A DNA stretch of 63,810 nt, the filler included. It is 14 parts of 14 records of this genome, joined end to end, with 100 filler letters (N's around TTAATTAATTAA, not from the genome) between each part and the next. Parts side by side here need not be neighbours in the genome. Positions count along the whole stretch, not along the records: positions 12,256 to 16,441 come from SRR7504441_102544; positions 16,542 to 20,678 come from SRR7504441_102554; positions 20,779 to 23,832 come from SRR7504441_102555; positions 23,933 to 28,567 come from SRR7504441_102745; 10 more parts are not named here. One strand, 5' to 3'. The translations under genes and the position numbers were made by a program. The notes beneath the pieces are model-generated. The model was not told the DNA's origin. It did no database searches and was given only the letters and a program-made list of their open reading frames with translations. How positions within the stretch are numbered: position 1 is the first letter of the stretch; the number at the start of each line of letters is the position of its first letter. Below, in pieces: positions 14,112 to 25,255 of the stretch.

Positions 14112-16166
14112 ATGGCCGCCGGTGCTGTGGTGGAGCGGGGCGGGCTCCGTATCGGGTTTGACTCCAGGGGATTCATGGCAGAGGAGTGCGACTGCTACTT
14201 CCTGAGCCACGCGCATGCCGACCACCTGTGCGGGCTGGGCCCCAACTGGCGCAGGCCGGTCTACTGCTCCGAGCAGACCCGCCGGCTCATCACCGCAGCC
14301 GCCGACAGCTCAATCGAAAAGTACGCAAAGCACTGCCCCTCAGACCACCGCCTGCTGGTGGCAATAGAGGAAGGGTGCGCCGGTCCTGCCCGCCGTGCGC
14401 TCCAGACTGCGGTGGGCAGGACCGAGCAGAATTTCGGCAGCTTCAGCGTGACTGCCCTGGACGCCGGGCACTGCCCAGGCTCGCTCATGTTTGTGATCAA
14501 CGGTCCCCCCCGTCCTGCCGCCCTCAACCGCGTGTGTGATCCAGGCGGGCACGGCCGGGCGGGATGGCGGGACATCTACACTGGGGACATGCGGCTGACA
14601 AGCGCTCAGTTGAACCAGCTCGCAGAGGAGACTCTCGGCGACGGGGTCGCGATCCCGCCAGCCTGCCGGGACTAGCTAGCGGCAGGTTCCGGTGGACACG
14701 CTGTACCTGGACGATACGTTCTGCGACGAGGCCCGGTGGCGATCGATCCCATCGCGAGAGCAAGCCCTCGGAGAGCTGTGCAGCACACTCAACACCTCCG
14801 ACTCGCCCACGGTGCTCGTGGACTGCACCATGGTGCGCCCGCCGGGTCGCGCTCGCTGTGAGCTGTGGACCAGTTGGGCACGGAGCCGGTGCTCTGCACT
14901 CTGGCGGATCAGGAGCTTGCGGCCGGCCGGCGGGTGGGGCTGCCCCAGGAGCGCATGGTTGAAATGGAGGCGGTGCGTGCCATATCCAGCGGCCGAGGGA
15001 GCCTGATGGGTGCAGCTGTATGGGTCGGAGTTTGTGGCTGCTCGGTTCAGCTCTGGGGCTCAGAGAGTGCAGTGCATCTCAGGCACTGCCAAGCTGCAGC
15101 TGGCTGGCTGACTGTAGGCCAGGTGGGGGCGGGCACCACCCGTCAGCTCCGTGCTGCACCTGCCTTACGTGTTGTGGTACTGGCATATCGCCGACCCCTG
15201 TTCTGCTCAAACCATCGACCCAATGGTCAGTTGGCTGCGCTGCTGGCTCTGACAGGTGTCACTTTCAGGTTTGGTACGGCCCACGCGTCGCTCTGTGCTT
15301 CTCACCAGCCATTTCAGGACCGCGACACACGGATTCACCACTTTTGCTATTCGATCCACTCCAGCTTTGAGGAGTTGAAGGCCTTTGTGCGGTGCGCGGC
15401 TGTGTTTGATTAGCTCAGCATAAGAGCATGGCTCAGGGCCGTCAAGCCACGAGAGCTCCAATCAGTTAATGCACCCGACAAGGTGCAGCTGCGCAGCTTT
15501 CAGTTGCGTGTTGACCATGCGGTGCAGGCGTCGGATAGTCTGTTGAAGCTGCTTCCAGAGGGGGCTGTTGTGCACAAGGCTGCGAGATCCAGGCCACCCG
15601 TTAAGCAGCAGCCGCAGCCGCGACGGAGGGCGCTGCCTCGACCAAAGCCCCCTGTTCGACCCAGCGCAAACTCCTCAGTGCAGCCTGGAGGGCAGATCCC
15701 GAGGGTAAACCCTGTACGACCAGAGCAGCAGAACAGTAGGACAACAACCCAGCCGGCCCGAAGCAGTGATGGTCGTGTCAACGGGGAACCTGAACACATA
15801 AAGCGAAAGCGGGAGCCTCTCAAAGCGGCGAATGGCACGGGGATGGCTGATCCGGACAAGCAGAAGGCAGAGGGTGACAGCAAAAGATGTACAGTTGGCA
15901 AGAGTAACGAAGCAAAGGAAGCGAAGGTTGTGAGTGTTAGTAGAACTGAACCCACAAATGGCGAGGCTCTCGATAAGGCATGCGATAAGGAGGATGACAG
16001 CGACACCGATAATGACTCGATTGACATTTTTGATTTGATGGAGACAACAAGAGGGGAGGCTACAATGTCATGTAGTGTTCACAATATCTCTCGCATCCGC
16101 CAAAATTGTGGCTTGGATTCGCCAAACCAGGGTACTGTGAAATTCATAAGCTTAGACTCATTATGA
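14112..16166 (+). CDS. SNM1/Apollo/Artemis (DCLRE1) family metallo-beta-lactamase/beta-CASP nuclease, multiple introns
   Basis: YFLSHAHADHLCGL, LDAGHCPGSLMF, YTGDMR, LYLDDTFC, YSIHSSFEEL in order, joined by about 40-45 nt introns; disordered C-terminal tail. Confidence 0.9.
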
Positions 16167-16362
16167 CGAATGATTCATATGAGTACCGAAATATTGCAAA
16201 TTCACTTTTAATTAATGAGCGGCGGTATGCTTTTAGAATTTAGACCTGCTTTATACGTACTGATGTTTTGCCAGGGTCTCGTGACCGGAGGTTCTTTGGG
16301 TTTCGTCTGATTAGTTCTACGTAGAAGTGTCACATGAGTACTCGTATAGTAAGTACACCATA

Positions 16363-16441
16363 TTACTTGTCGTCGGCTGCTCCGCCTTCGGCTGCTGCCA
16401 TATCAGTCTCAGCTGCTGCCACATCAGTCTCGGCTGCTGCC
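16363..16441 (-). repeat. 21-bp coding tandem repeat at the 3' end of a truncated gene
   Basis: Minus strand reads AAAETDV-AAAETDM-AAAEGGAADDK-TAA; contig ends inside the repeat. Confidence 0.6.
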
Positions 16442-16641
16442 NNNNNNNNNNNNNNNNNNNNNNNNNNNNNNNNNNNNNNNNNNNNTTAATTAATTAANNN
16501 NNNNNNNNNNNNNNNNNNNNNNNNNNNNNNNNNNNNNNNNNTGCCGTCGACAGCATAAAAAGGCTGCCTTTTTCCCAACATCACTCGGACCCTCTACCAC
16601 GGCCTTTGCGGCTGAGAAAGCCAGCCGAGGTGTCGGACGTG

Positions 16642-19600
16642 ATGGAGGAGGAGGAAGAGGGAGAGGCGTGGGGTACCCGGTCCAGAGGCAACGCCTACTG
16701 GAGCGACGCCGAGCTGTTGGAGTCGCCGACGAGCGACACGCTGCTCCGGGAGATCCTGAACGAGACGGATGAGGAGGTCACCCCCATCATGGGGGTGCCC
16801 GCCCCTCGGGACGGGGACATCCTGCATCGGATCCTCGCCGGTGCCTCCGAACAATCGTCCGAGCTCTTGGCCAGCCTTGCCAAGCTCCCGGAGCTCCCGT
16901 CCTCGTCGGCCGATCTGTCGCAGCACGAGGCCAACCAGCGGGCAATCCAATGGCTGGACGCGCTGCTGGCCGCGGACAGCCACCCTGTGAACGAGCTCCC
17001 ATCCCTGGCCCGCCCTCGGTCGCAGACCAGCACAGCCGAGCTGCTTAAAGTAGACTTGTTTGCCTCACGGCAGGAAATGAACGAGGGGGTGCCGTCCGCG
17101 CTGAGCGTGCACAGCAAGTTCGTGGCTGTTGGGACTAACACCGGCTGTGTGCTGGTGTTTGACTACTTCCAGGCCGAGCGAGCCAGGCTGATGACGCCCC
17201 TGCCGAAGGCGAAGGAGGAGCGGGTGCCAATCTCCACTGTGGCGATCAGCGAAGCAATCCCGGACTGGTTGATGGCAGGCCAGGCCGACGGGACGATGCT
17301 GGTTTGGCACTGGCCGACCCTGGAGCTGATCCAGACCATCAGCTCGGTCCACCTCACCACTGTGGTGCACGGGCTCTTCATCAGCCAGACGGCATTTGAT
17401 AAAGGCCAGTCAATCCTCTCAGGAGACCAGGCGGGAGCTGTCCAGCTCACCAGGGTGGAGAAAGCCTTCTTCCGGGGATTTAAGCATGAGAGCCGAACTG
17501 TCATGGATGGTAAAACCACTGGGCATGTCCTGGCGATGGCAGTGGTGCCTGAGCTAGCTGATAGCATAGTAATGCAGCAGATGAGCGTGATGGCGCTGTG
17601 TACTGAGGATCCTCACCGTGTGACCGAGCTCGGGCCGCAAACATATATTATGCAGCTGTGCCCACACACCAAGATCGTCAGGCAGGCACCCTGCCCGTCT
17701 GGGGTCCGTGAGGGTACAGTGCCCTACCTCTCCTGGATGCAGAGCCCCGCGCCAGCAGATAGTGACGCTGCAGTGTACCTCGGAATTGGCTGGGGACCGG
17801 CATTAGATCTAGTTCAGCTTATTTGCAGCCCACAGGCCAAGCTATCCTTTAACCTAGTAGCCCGAGTGCATGGCGGCTGGCATCTTTGTGGACTCTCGTT
17901 TATTTCACTAGATTTGATTCTGGTCATGAACACCAAGAAGCAGATCAGGCTGCTCAGCTTTCGGCCAAACCATCCTGTAGACGAGCGGCGGCTTGCCGAG
18001 CTTGAGCCGATGGACGCGCCAGCCATGGTTGTGAAGCATCCTTACTACGTGAACGTGTATGGAGAGCCACAGCACTCGTTCCATAACTCGTTGGATGGAC
18101 GCGACAACAGGCTATTTATGCTCGGCTTTGACCAGATCGTCTCGATTAAAGTGCTTCCATGGAGCGTGCGGGTCGATTCGTTGGTCGCGGCTCAGAAATG
18201 GGGGGAGGCAATCAGTTTGCTGATTGAACTTTACGAAGCCGCTGCTGATTGCAAACATTCTGGTACAGTGGTAATTGGGCTGGGACTCAACAAGACCTTT
18301 AAACAGCAAGATATCCGCGCGTTGGCGCCTTCAGTCGTGGATCAATATCTGCTTGCCCCAGAAACCCGGGAGTTACTGCTCAAATCCAAGCACGCAGCTG
18401 AGATAGTCATCACAGAGACAATACAGACTTGCCTGAGCTTGCAACTAACTGAATTCCTCTTCAACGAAGCCCTTGAACGGTTTGAATCCTGCGGTCGTTC
18501 GATGCTCTTTCTCCAACTGCTTGGGCCCTTTGTTCTCAACCAGATAACTACTGTCCTGCCCCTGCATATTATTGAGCTGTTGGCCAAAGCCCCACAGTTG
18601 CACCATCTCGAACTTCTTCTTCTCAACATGACTGTGCCTGCAGAAGACCTCCCTGTGCTGGAAAAGCTTTGCGTGGGTCTCCACATGCACGCTGCTTTGC
18701 TGCACGTGTCTGTTCACCACCCAGCGCGAGCTCTGGGCTTGCTACTCGATGGCATCCGGACCCATCTAGCAGCTGCCCATGATGATGGTTGGACTCCTTC
18801 CGAGGCCTGTAATGCAGCTCAGGTGGTGCTCAGGTGGCTTGAATTTGCGTTCAGCGGGTTGCAGTTCCCGTCAGGCCTGCCTTGTGTCAGTGCTGAAGCA
18901 CCAAACAAGCAGCCGAGTCAGAAGCTACTGAGATCAGTCGACATTATCTCACATCTCTTTAGTTCTGCTGAGGCATGCAGTGAAGGGCCCCTCGAAGTGG
19001 AGGTGCTGCTGTATATCGACGGTGAGCGTACTTTCCATATTCTGAGCAAGGCAATAAAAATCCTGAGCGGATTAAACTCATTCCATTGCCGTCCAACACT
19101 GCAATGGTGTGTGGACAAGCTGATCGAAACATTGAGTTGTGCCAAACTGAGAAGTTTGCTTTGGGACATGTCAGCGGACTTGGTAGTTGACGGTCTGGTG
19201 GTCCTCTCATACAAAAGCAGTTGTGAGCTGTTGGAACACTGCGCTCGAGCCCAAAACTCACCAGTCCTTGTCAAGATGCTCAGCTTCCTGCCTCCTGATA
19301 GCTATGATAGTGACGTGCTCCTCCCATTGCTAGAAGAGGTGCGCTGCTTTGACGCTCTTGCAGTTGCACATAAAGCTGTATCAGAGCCAGCCAAGGTGAT
19401 TGACTGCATGTTAGCGAGGTCTGATCAGACCGAGGAGAGTCGGGCACAGCTTTTTGGGTACATGATGGAGTTAGTAGATTGCTCCTATGATGCCGGCAGC
19501 CCACAGAAAACTGATGATGTGCAGTCGATTCTGAATCAGCACTGGGGTAGGCTAATCGAGCTGGACAAGTCCGCGTTGGCACGATTCGTGCTACTGCACT

Positions 19601-20678
19601 TTTGGGAGGAGCGGTTTAGATTAGGCGAGAGTGTGCGCAAGGACAGTGAAGACTTAGAGTTTGACTACCTTTGGGCGATGGTGCAAGTAAGTCCCGAGTT
19701 GGCAGAGGAGGATCCGAGGAAGGCCAGTGTTCAGGAGATTTTGAAGCCTGTGGGTGTAAGCCGGTTTCTGGAGCTTCTCGCACAGCATTCACCTTGTGAA
19801 GTCTATCGATTCTTGACTGACCATCCAGACACATACGAACTGACTGTGGCTCTCAAAGTTTGCCAGGAGCATGGTCTGCTTGATGCGGAGGCATATGTGC
19901 AGGAGCGAGTTGGCAACCTGTCGCAGGCTCTCCAGCTGCATCTCAAGGCTCTGCAACGCTTGGTCCTCTCTTTAGTCACGCAGTTGGGCAATCGAGTGCT
20001 CAGCCCAGAAGGCGAACCAAAACTTGAGGATGAGCAAGAAGCTAAGATGATCCGAACTTTACGGGGCTCAATGGCAGCAACAATAGCGCTTTGCCAGCAC
20101 ACCTCACAGACCGAGCCTGAAAAGGTTGTTGAACACTGGTTTGCACTGCTTGACGGACTGATCTCGATGGAGCAACCGAATGGAACGCACGAGGGGGAAC
20201 ACGCTTTCAGCATAGTGCAGAAACTGGCAATGTCAATCATTGTCGAGCAGATGGACCATCAAGGCATCGAGGAGGACGAGCAAGGCACCCAGCTGCTGTA
20301 CAGCGTATTTAGACGGATTCTCGTTAAGTACTGTGAGCTGCCTATGGAGCAGTACGTGTCATTTATAGTGAGGCTTTTAGAGCACGTTCAGATGGACCTG
20401 GAACAGAAGACCGGGCTTCTGCAAGTTGAGGCCCACGCTGCTGAACGGGACTAAGCCGCCTGCAGGTGCTGAAGCAGAACACGTTTGATCTGCACCACAA
20501 GTTCCTGAGCGGCTTCAGGAAGGGAGCGTATAGGTCTGGCGGCAAAGTAGACACTATTGATGCTGGCTTGAACCGATCTTCAGAGCACTCGGGGTGGGTG
20601 TCATCATCAGGATCAATTCAAGCAATTGTTAATTCTCATGATACTGAGGACCATGACTTGATTGATGAGTCTCAGGGC
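16642..20678 (+). CDS. VPS8: Vps8 (CORVET subunit), 3' truncated
   Basis: N-terminal WD40-like propeller (FVAVGTNTGCVLVFD), Vps8 central region (W..RV..LV....W.EAI; FL.LL.PFVLN), clathrin-repeat-like LELLAQHSPCEVYRFL...HGLLDAEAYVQERVG; intron near 20427-20465. Start codon uncertain. Confidence 0.85.
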
Positions 20679-20778
20679 NNNNNNNNNNNNNNNNNNNNNN
20701 NNNNNNNNNNNNNNNNNNNNNNTTAATTAATTAANNNNNNNNNNNNNNNNNNNNNNNNNNNNNNNNNNNNNNNNNNNN

Positions 20779-20999
20779 CCGGTCGCCTGCCGGCCTGGTG
20801 AGCCGGCGGTGGGCAGGGTGGGGGGTACTCAGTTTGCCCGAGGCGGTGACGGCCAGCTCCTCCGGGGCCAGGCCTTTAATCACATTGCCATGGATGTCGT
20901 GCCTGCGGTCGGATCGGATCGGCTCCCCGGGACCCGGGCGTGCCTGCCGTTGGCGGCGGCCAGTGCGAGGAAGCTCAGTGCCAGCAGTGCAGACCGCAT
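20779..20999 (-). CDS. 5' end of a secreted protein (truncated), 2 introns
   Basis: MRSALLALSFLALAAANG signal peptide, 41-nt GC-AG intron, RHDIHGNVIKGLAPEELAVTASGKL, then a GT-AG intron before the spacer. Confidence 0.6.
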
Positions 21000-21114
21000 T
21001 GCTCGAACTTGTGGCTTCTCGGCACTTCTCACGTGTGCAGATTCGGTATAATATAACGGACTTTATAACGGATCGTGTGCCAGCATCACTCCCCACCAAC
21101 CCTGCTCTCGTCAC

Positions 21115-21912
21115 ATGGGTCTCGCACTGCTCGCGCTGCTCGGGCTGGCCAGCGCCGCGCTCCCCCCACTCTCGCCTGCCGACCAGCAGCGCGCCCGGGA
21201 CCGGGTGCTCGTGGGCACCGTCACTGCGGTCCACGGCCAGCTGTCCGGGCCGCCCGAGCATCAGGACACTCAGTACACGGCCACCATCAAGACGATCGAG
21301 CAGAACGAGCTCGTCAACGTCACGTACTGGCGGGCCGCCCACCGCCCCGACCACTGGGTCGGCCACTCTGGCCAGAGCCAGCTGCCCGAGCCAGGCCAGC
21401 GCGGCCGGTTTCACCTGAGCGGGGGCCGGCTACTCGAGCCCAACGGGTGGGAGCCGTTGCCCAGCCCGGACCGGCTCACGATCTGCCGGGAGGTGGGCCC
21501 GGGCGAGTGCCCCTGGCTGGACCAGACCATCGAGCCCGGCCAGCAGTACTGGCGGTGGCACGGGCACGCCTACGGGGTGGTCAGCCCGGACGGCGTGGCG
21601 GTCTCGGATAAGTGGGGCGAGCCGCCGTTTTTCGAGCTGCCGCTCACCGCGGTGTGGTGGCGCGGGGACGGCCAGGAGGGCTTGCCCAGCCGGTGGGGCG
21701 ACCCGCCGACCGGAGGTCGGAGGGATTACGTGGAGCTGCCGCTCGGGCTGGGATATGGGAGTTCATCTGTCCGAGGCTGGGTGCTAGGGAAGCTGGCCGG
21801 CGAGTGCGGGGTGCCGCCGGCGGGGCACGCGCTGCGCCGGTCGACTCGGTTGGTGCCCGGGGATCTAGAGGAGGTTGTGTTGCCTGGGGGACCGCAGGAG
21901 GACGAATTGTGA
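21115..21912 (+). CDS. Intronless secretory-pathway hypothetical protein with C-terminal EDEL
   Basis: Signal peptide MGLALLALLGLASA; 265-aa ORF with strong GC3 bias; ends QEDEL*. Confidence 0.75.
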   Translation: MGLALLALLGLASAALPPLSPADQQRARDRVLVGTVTAVHGQLSGPPEHQDTQYTATIKTIEQNELVNVTYWRAAHRPDHWVGHSGQSQLPEPGQRGRFHLSGGRLLEPNGWEPLPSPDRLTICREVGPGECPWLDQTIEPGQQYWRWHGHAYGVVSPDGVAVSDKWGEPPFFELPLTAVWWRGDGQEGLPSRWGDPPTGGRRDYVELPLGLGYGSSSVRGWVLGKLAGECGVPPAGHALRRSTRLVPGDLEEVVLPGGPQEDEL

Positions 21913-22025
21913 GCCACTCCGGATCAACACGCGTGTATTGGCTATCATAAATCAGCACCGCGTGCTGCAGTATATAAATCTAGTCACGATATGCTATAGC
22001 TTTGGCCAGGCCAGAGCTGTCTAGC

Positions 22026-22547
22026 TCAAGCGCCCGGGTTGTTGTTGCGCGACTCGCGCGCTCGATGCCTCTCGAGATCGGTGTGCTTGCGCAGCACCCG
22101 GGACACCCGGCTGTGCTCGTGCGCCTCGGCCCGTTTCAGCGCCGTGTGCCCGTTCTTGTCCTTCAGGTCGGCGTCCGCCCCGGCCTCCAGCAGCGCGATG
22201 ACTATGCCCTTGTGGCCCCTGGTGGCGCTTAGAATCAGCGCGGTCCGGCCGTCGGCGTCGGCCTTGTCCGGATCGGCCCCGGCCTGGAGCAGCAGCTTGA
22301 CCGCCTTCTCCTGCAGGCTGTCGGCGGCCACCATCAGCGGGGTCATCTCGTCGTACGGCCGAGGCTTGTCGATCCTGCCAGTCCCGACTGCCGCTTGCAG
22401 CACCGGCAAATTGCCACATTTGGCTGCCTTGTACAGGTCTCCCCGTTGCGCCCGGCCCACCGCCGCCAGATCCGCCTCCAGCGCCCCCAGGTCCGGGTCG
22501 GTCCTCCTTTCGACGACTCTGCGATCACTCGACGCCTCATTCCCCAT
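22026..22547 (-). CDS. Ankyrin-repeat protein with N-myristoylation-like start
   Basis: MGNEASS start; TPLMVAA...LLLQAGADPD, GRTALILSA...LLEAGADAD, GHTALKRA repeats. Confidence 0.88.
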   Translation of the reverse strand: MGNEASSDRRVVERRTDPDLGALEADLAAVGRAQRGDLYKAAKCGNLPVLQAAVGTGRIDKPRPYDEMTPLMVAADSLQEKAVKLLLQAGADPDKADADGRTALILSATRGHKGIVIALLEAGADADLKDKNGHTALKRAEAHEHSRVSRVLRKHTDLERHRARESRNNNPGA

Positions 22548-22577
22548 TTTGTCGTTACTGTGTGGCGGAGTCAGCGA

Positions 22578-23111
22578 ATGGATCAGGTCCAGGCGGAGGT
22601 GCGCTGGGGCTGAGGGCTGGGCAGGTGCTGCCGCTGCTGGCGGGGCAGCGGTCCGGGCTGGACAAGTCGGTGGTGTTCCACACCCGTCTGGTGCTGCTAG
22701 TCCAGGCCGTCTTCCTGCTGATGCTGGACGGCTCGCTCGCCCACCTGCTCCTCCGCGGGCTGCAGCTGGTGCCTCCGCCGCCGCCAGGCGCCCACCCGGC
22801 CGGCAGGTCTTCCTGGCGCAGCCGCGCAGGTTCCGGCAGAACCCGACTGTGAGTGTGATGGTGCTTGGAGTCTCCACCTTCCCAGGCGCCCCCGCGCTGC
22901 CCGAGGCCGAGGCTTACCGTAGCCCGCAGTGCTGTGGGGACATCTAACAAGCGACTGGGGCCCGCCAGTGGCAATCCTGTTCGCCGCCCGGCGTGAGTGG
23001 CCGGCCGGCTCAGGCTGACCGGGTGGGGCAGCCACCCAACCTCGCTGGTGGCTCGCACTGCTCACCGATATGGTTGTGCTAGCCCTGCAGTTGTTCCTCC
23101 TTAACTCCTAG
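22578..23111 (+). CDS. 124-aa membrane protein, 4 introns; DUF1746/Dsc4-like
   Basis: Introns 22587-22624, 22769-22806, 22886-22929 (GC-AG) and 22993-23031 leave exactly 125 codons, including LLMLDGSLAHLLLRGLQL and LALLTDMVVLALQLFLL. Not visible as a single ORF in the track. Confidence 0.65.
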
Positions 23112-23932
23112 CACATGCTGCATAAACCCCGAAGAAATCTACAGCTTGCATGGCTCGCGGGCTTGAGGCCCTCGCACCGGATCAATCCGGTATGTGGCTA
23201 TATATAACCTTGAGCCCTCGTTGCGAGCCTCGTTTGCTTGATCACGACAATAACATTACTCGTACGGGTAGCTAGATATAATTATACCGAGTCGCAGCCA
23301 CAGCGGCATTTCATCCGCCGCCGGTGTGCCACCGCAGCCAGCCAGCCCACCAGGGGGAGCCGCGACCGCGCCCCCGCGCTTGAATGGCTATGACTAACTG
23401 GACTGATCGTGAACGGAAGCCCTCGAAATAGCTGGGATTGTCGGATGGGGTGCGCGGTGTGCAAGCTCGAGACCCTGAGCGACAGATTCACCCTGTATGG
23501 GGACGCACACCCGCAGGAGCGCGGGGAGGGCGATCTGGTGGCGCTCGGGCAGTGCTCCGAGCAGGCGCCCAGCCGGTTTGGCGGGGCCACCTGCAACGAG
23601 CTCTTCTCCAAACACGCGCCAAGCTGTGCACCTTGGCAGAGGCAGACTGAACGCGAGGCTTTGGCTTGTTAGCACAGGGTTGCGTAGGATCTTCCCCCAA
23701 CCCTGGCTCGACCCGAGCCCGGGGCTCCGCCGGCTGCTTCTCCGCCGATTTGCCGCGCCGGCCGCCAGCCTCCGACTGGTTGGTCTCGAGGGCAGCCGCC
23801 AACTCCGCCTTCAAGGCCGCCGAGTCAACAGCNNNNNNNNNNNNNNNNNNNNNNNNNNNNNNNNNNNNNNNNNNNNTTAATTAATTAANNNNNNNNNNNN
23901 NNNNNNNNNNNNNNNNNNNNNNNNNNNNNNNN

Positions 23933-24125
23933 ATATCCAGAGCGCAGAGTCTGCGAGGCACAAGGCGAGGCATTCGTCCCCGATCGAGACCTGGATGACC
24001 GTGACCCGGGGAGCCGGGGCAGGGTGGGACCGACTGCTCCAGGTGGAGCTGGAAACCGTCCATCGAGGTGAACGCCTGCGCCCGCAGCTCTCTCAAGGCC
24101 CAAGGCGTCTCTTCAGGCTCACCAT
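23933..24125 (-). CDS. Probable 5' end of a truncated gene with an intron directly after the ATG
   Basis: ATG|GTGAG...GCGCAG (24076-24122, 47 nt), then AFTSMDGFQLHLEQS and a second 40-nt GT-AG intron. Confidence 0.4.
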
Positions 24126-24147
24126 CCGGTTTCTTCCGTTGATCTCA

Positions 24148-24813
24148 ATGGAGCTGCATCCCGACGGAAGTCTGCGTGAGAGCCGTCCACTAGGGAGCAC
24201 CGCTGACGTGTCCAACAGCACTACGAGCGACGAGACGGTTTGCTTCTCGGCAGTACTGAGCATCGACCCGAATCCGGGCGGCAAGCAACTGCAGGCGGTC
24301 CACCTGGTCACTGGGGACGGCGCAAAGTATATCATCGACTACCGAGCCTCGGCGCACTGGCTGTCGTTCGATAACGCGGCAGTGAATGTGACCGGCAGAG
24401 AGTACTTGCCTGCCGAGGAGGCGCAGGCGGTCGACTGCGACCACTTCATGGTGCACAGCATAGCGGTGGAGGACCGGTTCGCGCACGACGGGCAGCTGGT
24501 CGCGCTCGGACCGGAGGTTAGACGGAGAGGCAGGATGGAGAAGCGGCGGGGTAAAGAGGGGAGTAAATCCTGTGGGAGTTCGTGGGATGTGTTTGTTGAC
24601 AGCCAAGACGGGCTGGAATACCTGCTCGCCAATGCTTCTCCTACTGAAGCCGAACAGGAGATCGAGCTCTTGTGTAGAGACGCCGAATTAAGTCCGATGG
24701 TGGCGCACATGGAGGGGCCGACGGTGTGGGCGCTGCAAGCTCGAGTTATCGGTCCAGCTGCGCCACAAACCGTCCCGGGGGGCAAGAAAGTGCCCAAAGC
24801 TGGCAAATGCTGA
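24148..24813 (+). CDS. Intronless hypothetical protein
   Basis: Long ORF with protein-like composition and GC3 bias, followed by an AT-rich 3' region; no family recognised; start uncertain. Confidence 0.65.
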   Translation: MELHPDGSLRESRPLGSTADVSNSTTSDETVCFSAVLSIDPNPGGKQLQAVHLVTGDGAKYIIDYRASAHWLSFDNAAVNVTGREYLPAEEAQAVDCDHFMVHSIAVEDRFAHDGQLVALGPEVRRRGRMEKRRGKEGSKSCGSSWDVFVDSQDGLEYLLANASPTEAEQEIELLCRDAELSPMVAHMEGPTVWALQARVIGPAAPQTVPGGKKVPKAGKC

Positions 24814-25255
24814 CTGTAATGTTAATTAAAGCGCTACGTACGAGTAGCCAAATAAGCCAATCATAAAAGTATCTACCAGTTGTATGGTCACGACTAGGCG
24901 CAAGGTCCTGATCGCGGGTATCCTGTGGGCGGCCGGGGCTGATGGCAGCTATGCGGTAGAGTTGAATGTAAAGTACGTGCCTTGTCTGCACTAACCTCGC
25001 AACTGCTGCACAACCTCAAGCCGCGGGTTCAATCAATCGGCAGAGTAGTCTTGTTGCACGGGGCTCAATGTTGTCTGCAGATAGATTAATCGTTGATTGT
25101 TCTAATGTATGAGCAACCGAGTCTAAACAGAATCTATCTCTAGAGATGAGGATTACTTTCTCAAACCCAACAATCCGCTTAGTAGCAGCCTCCATCTCGC
25201 CTTCTCGCTATGATTCCAACAAGAGATCTCGACCCAGTTGCGCTTGAATGCGAGT

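Noticed and set aside
23400-23832. GC-rich coding-like segment at a contig end
   Set aside because: Plausible frames exist on both strands and I could not decide between them, so no feature was called.
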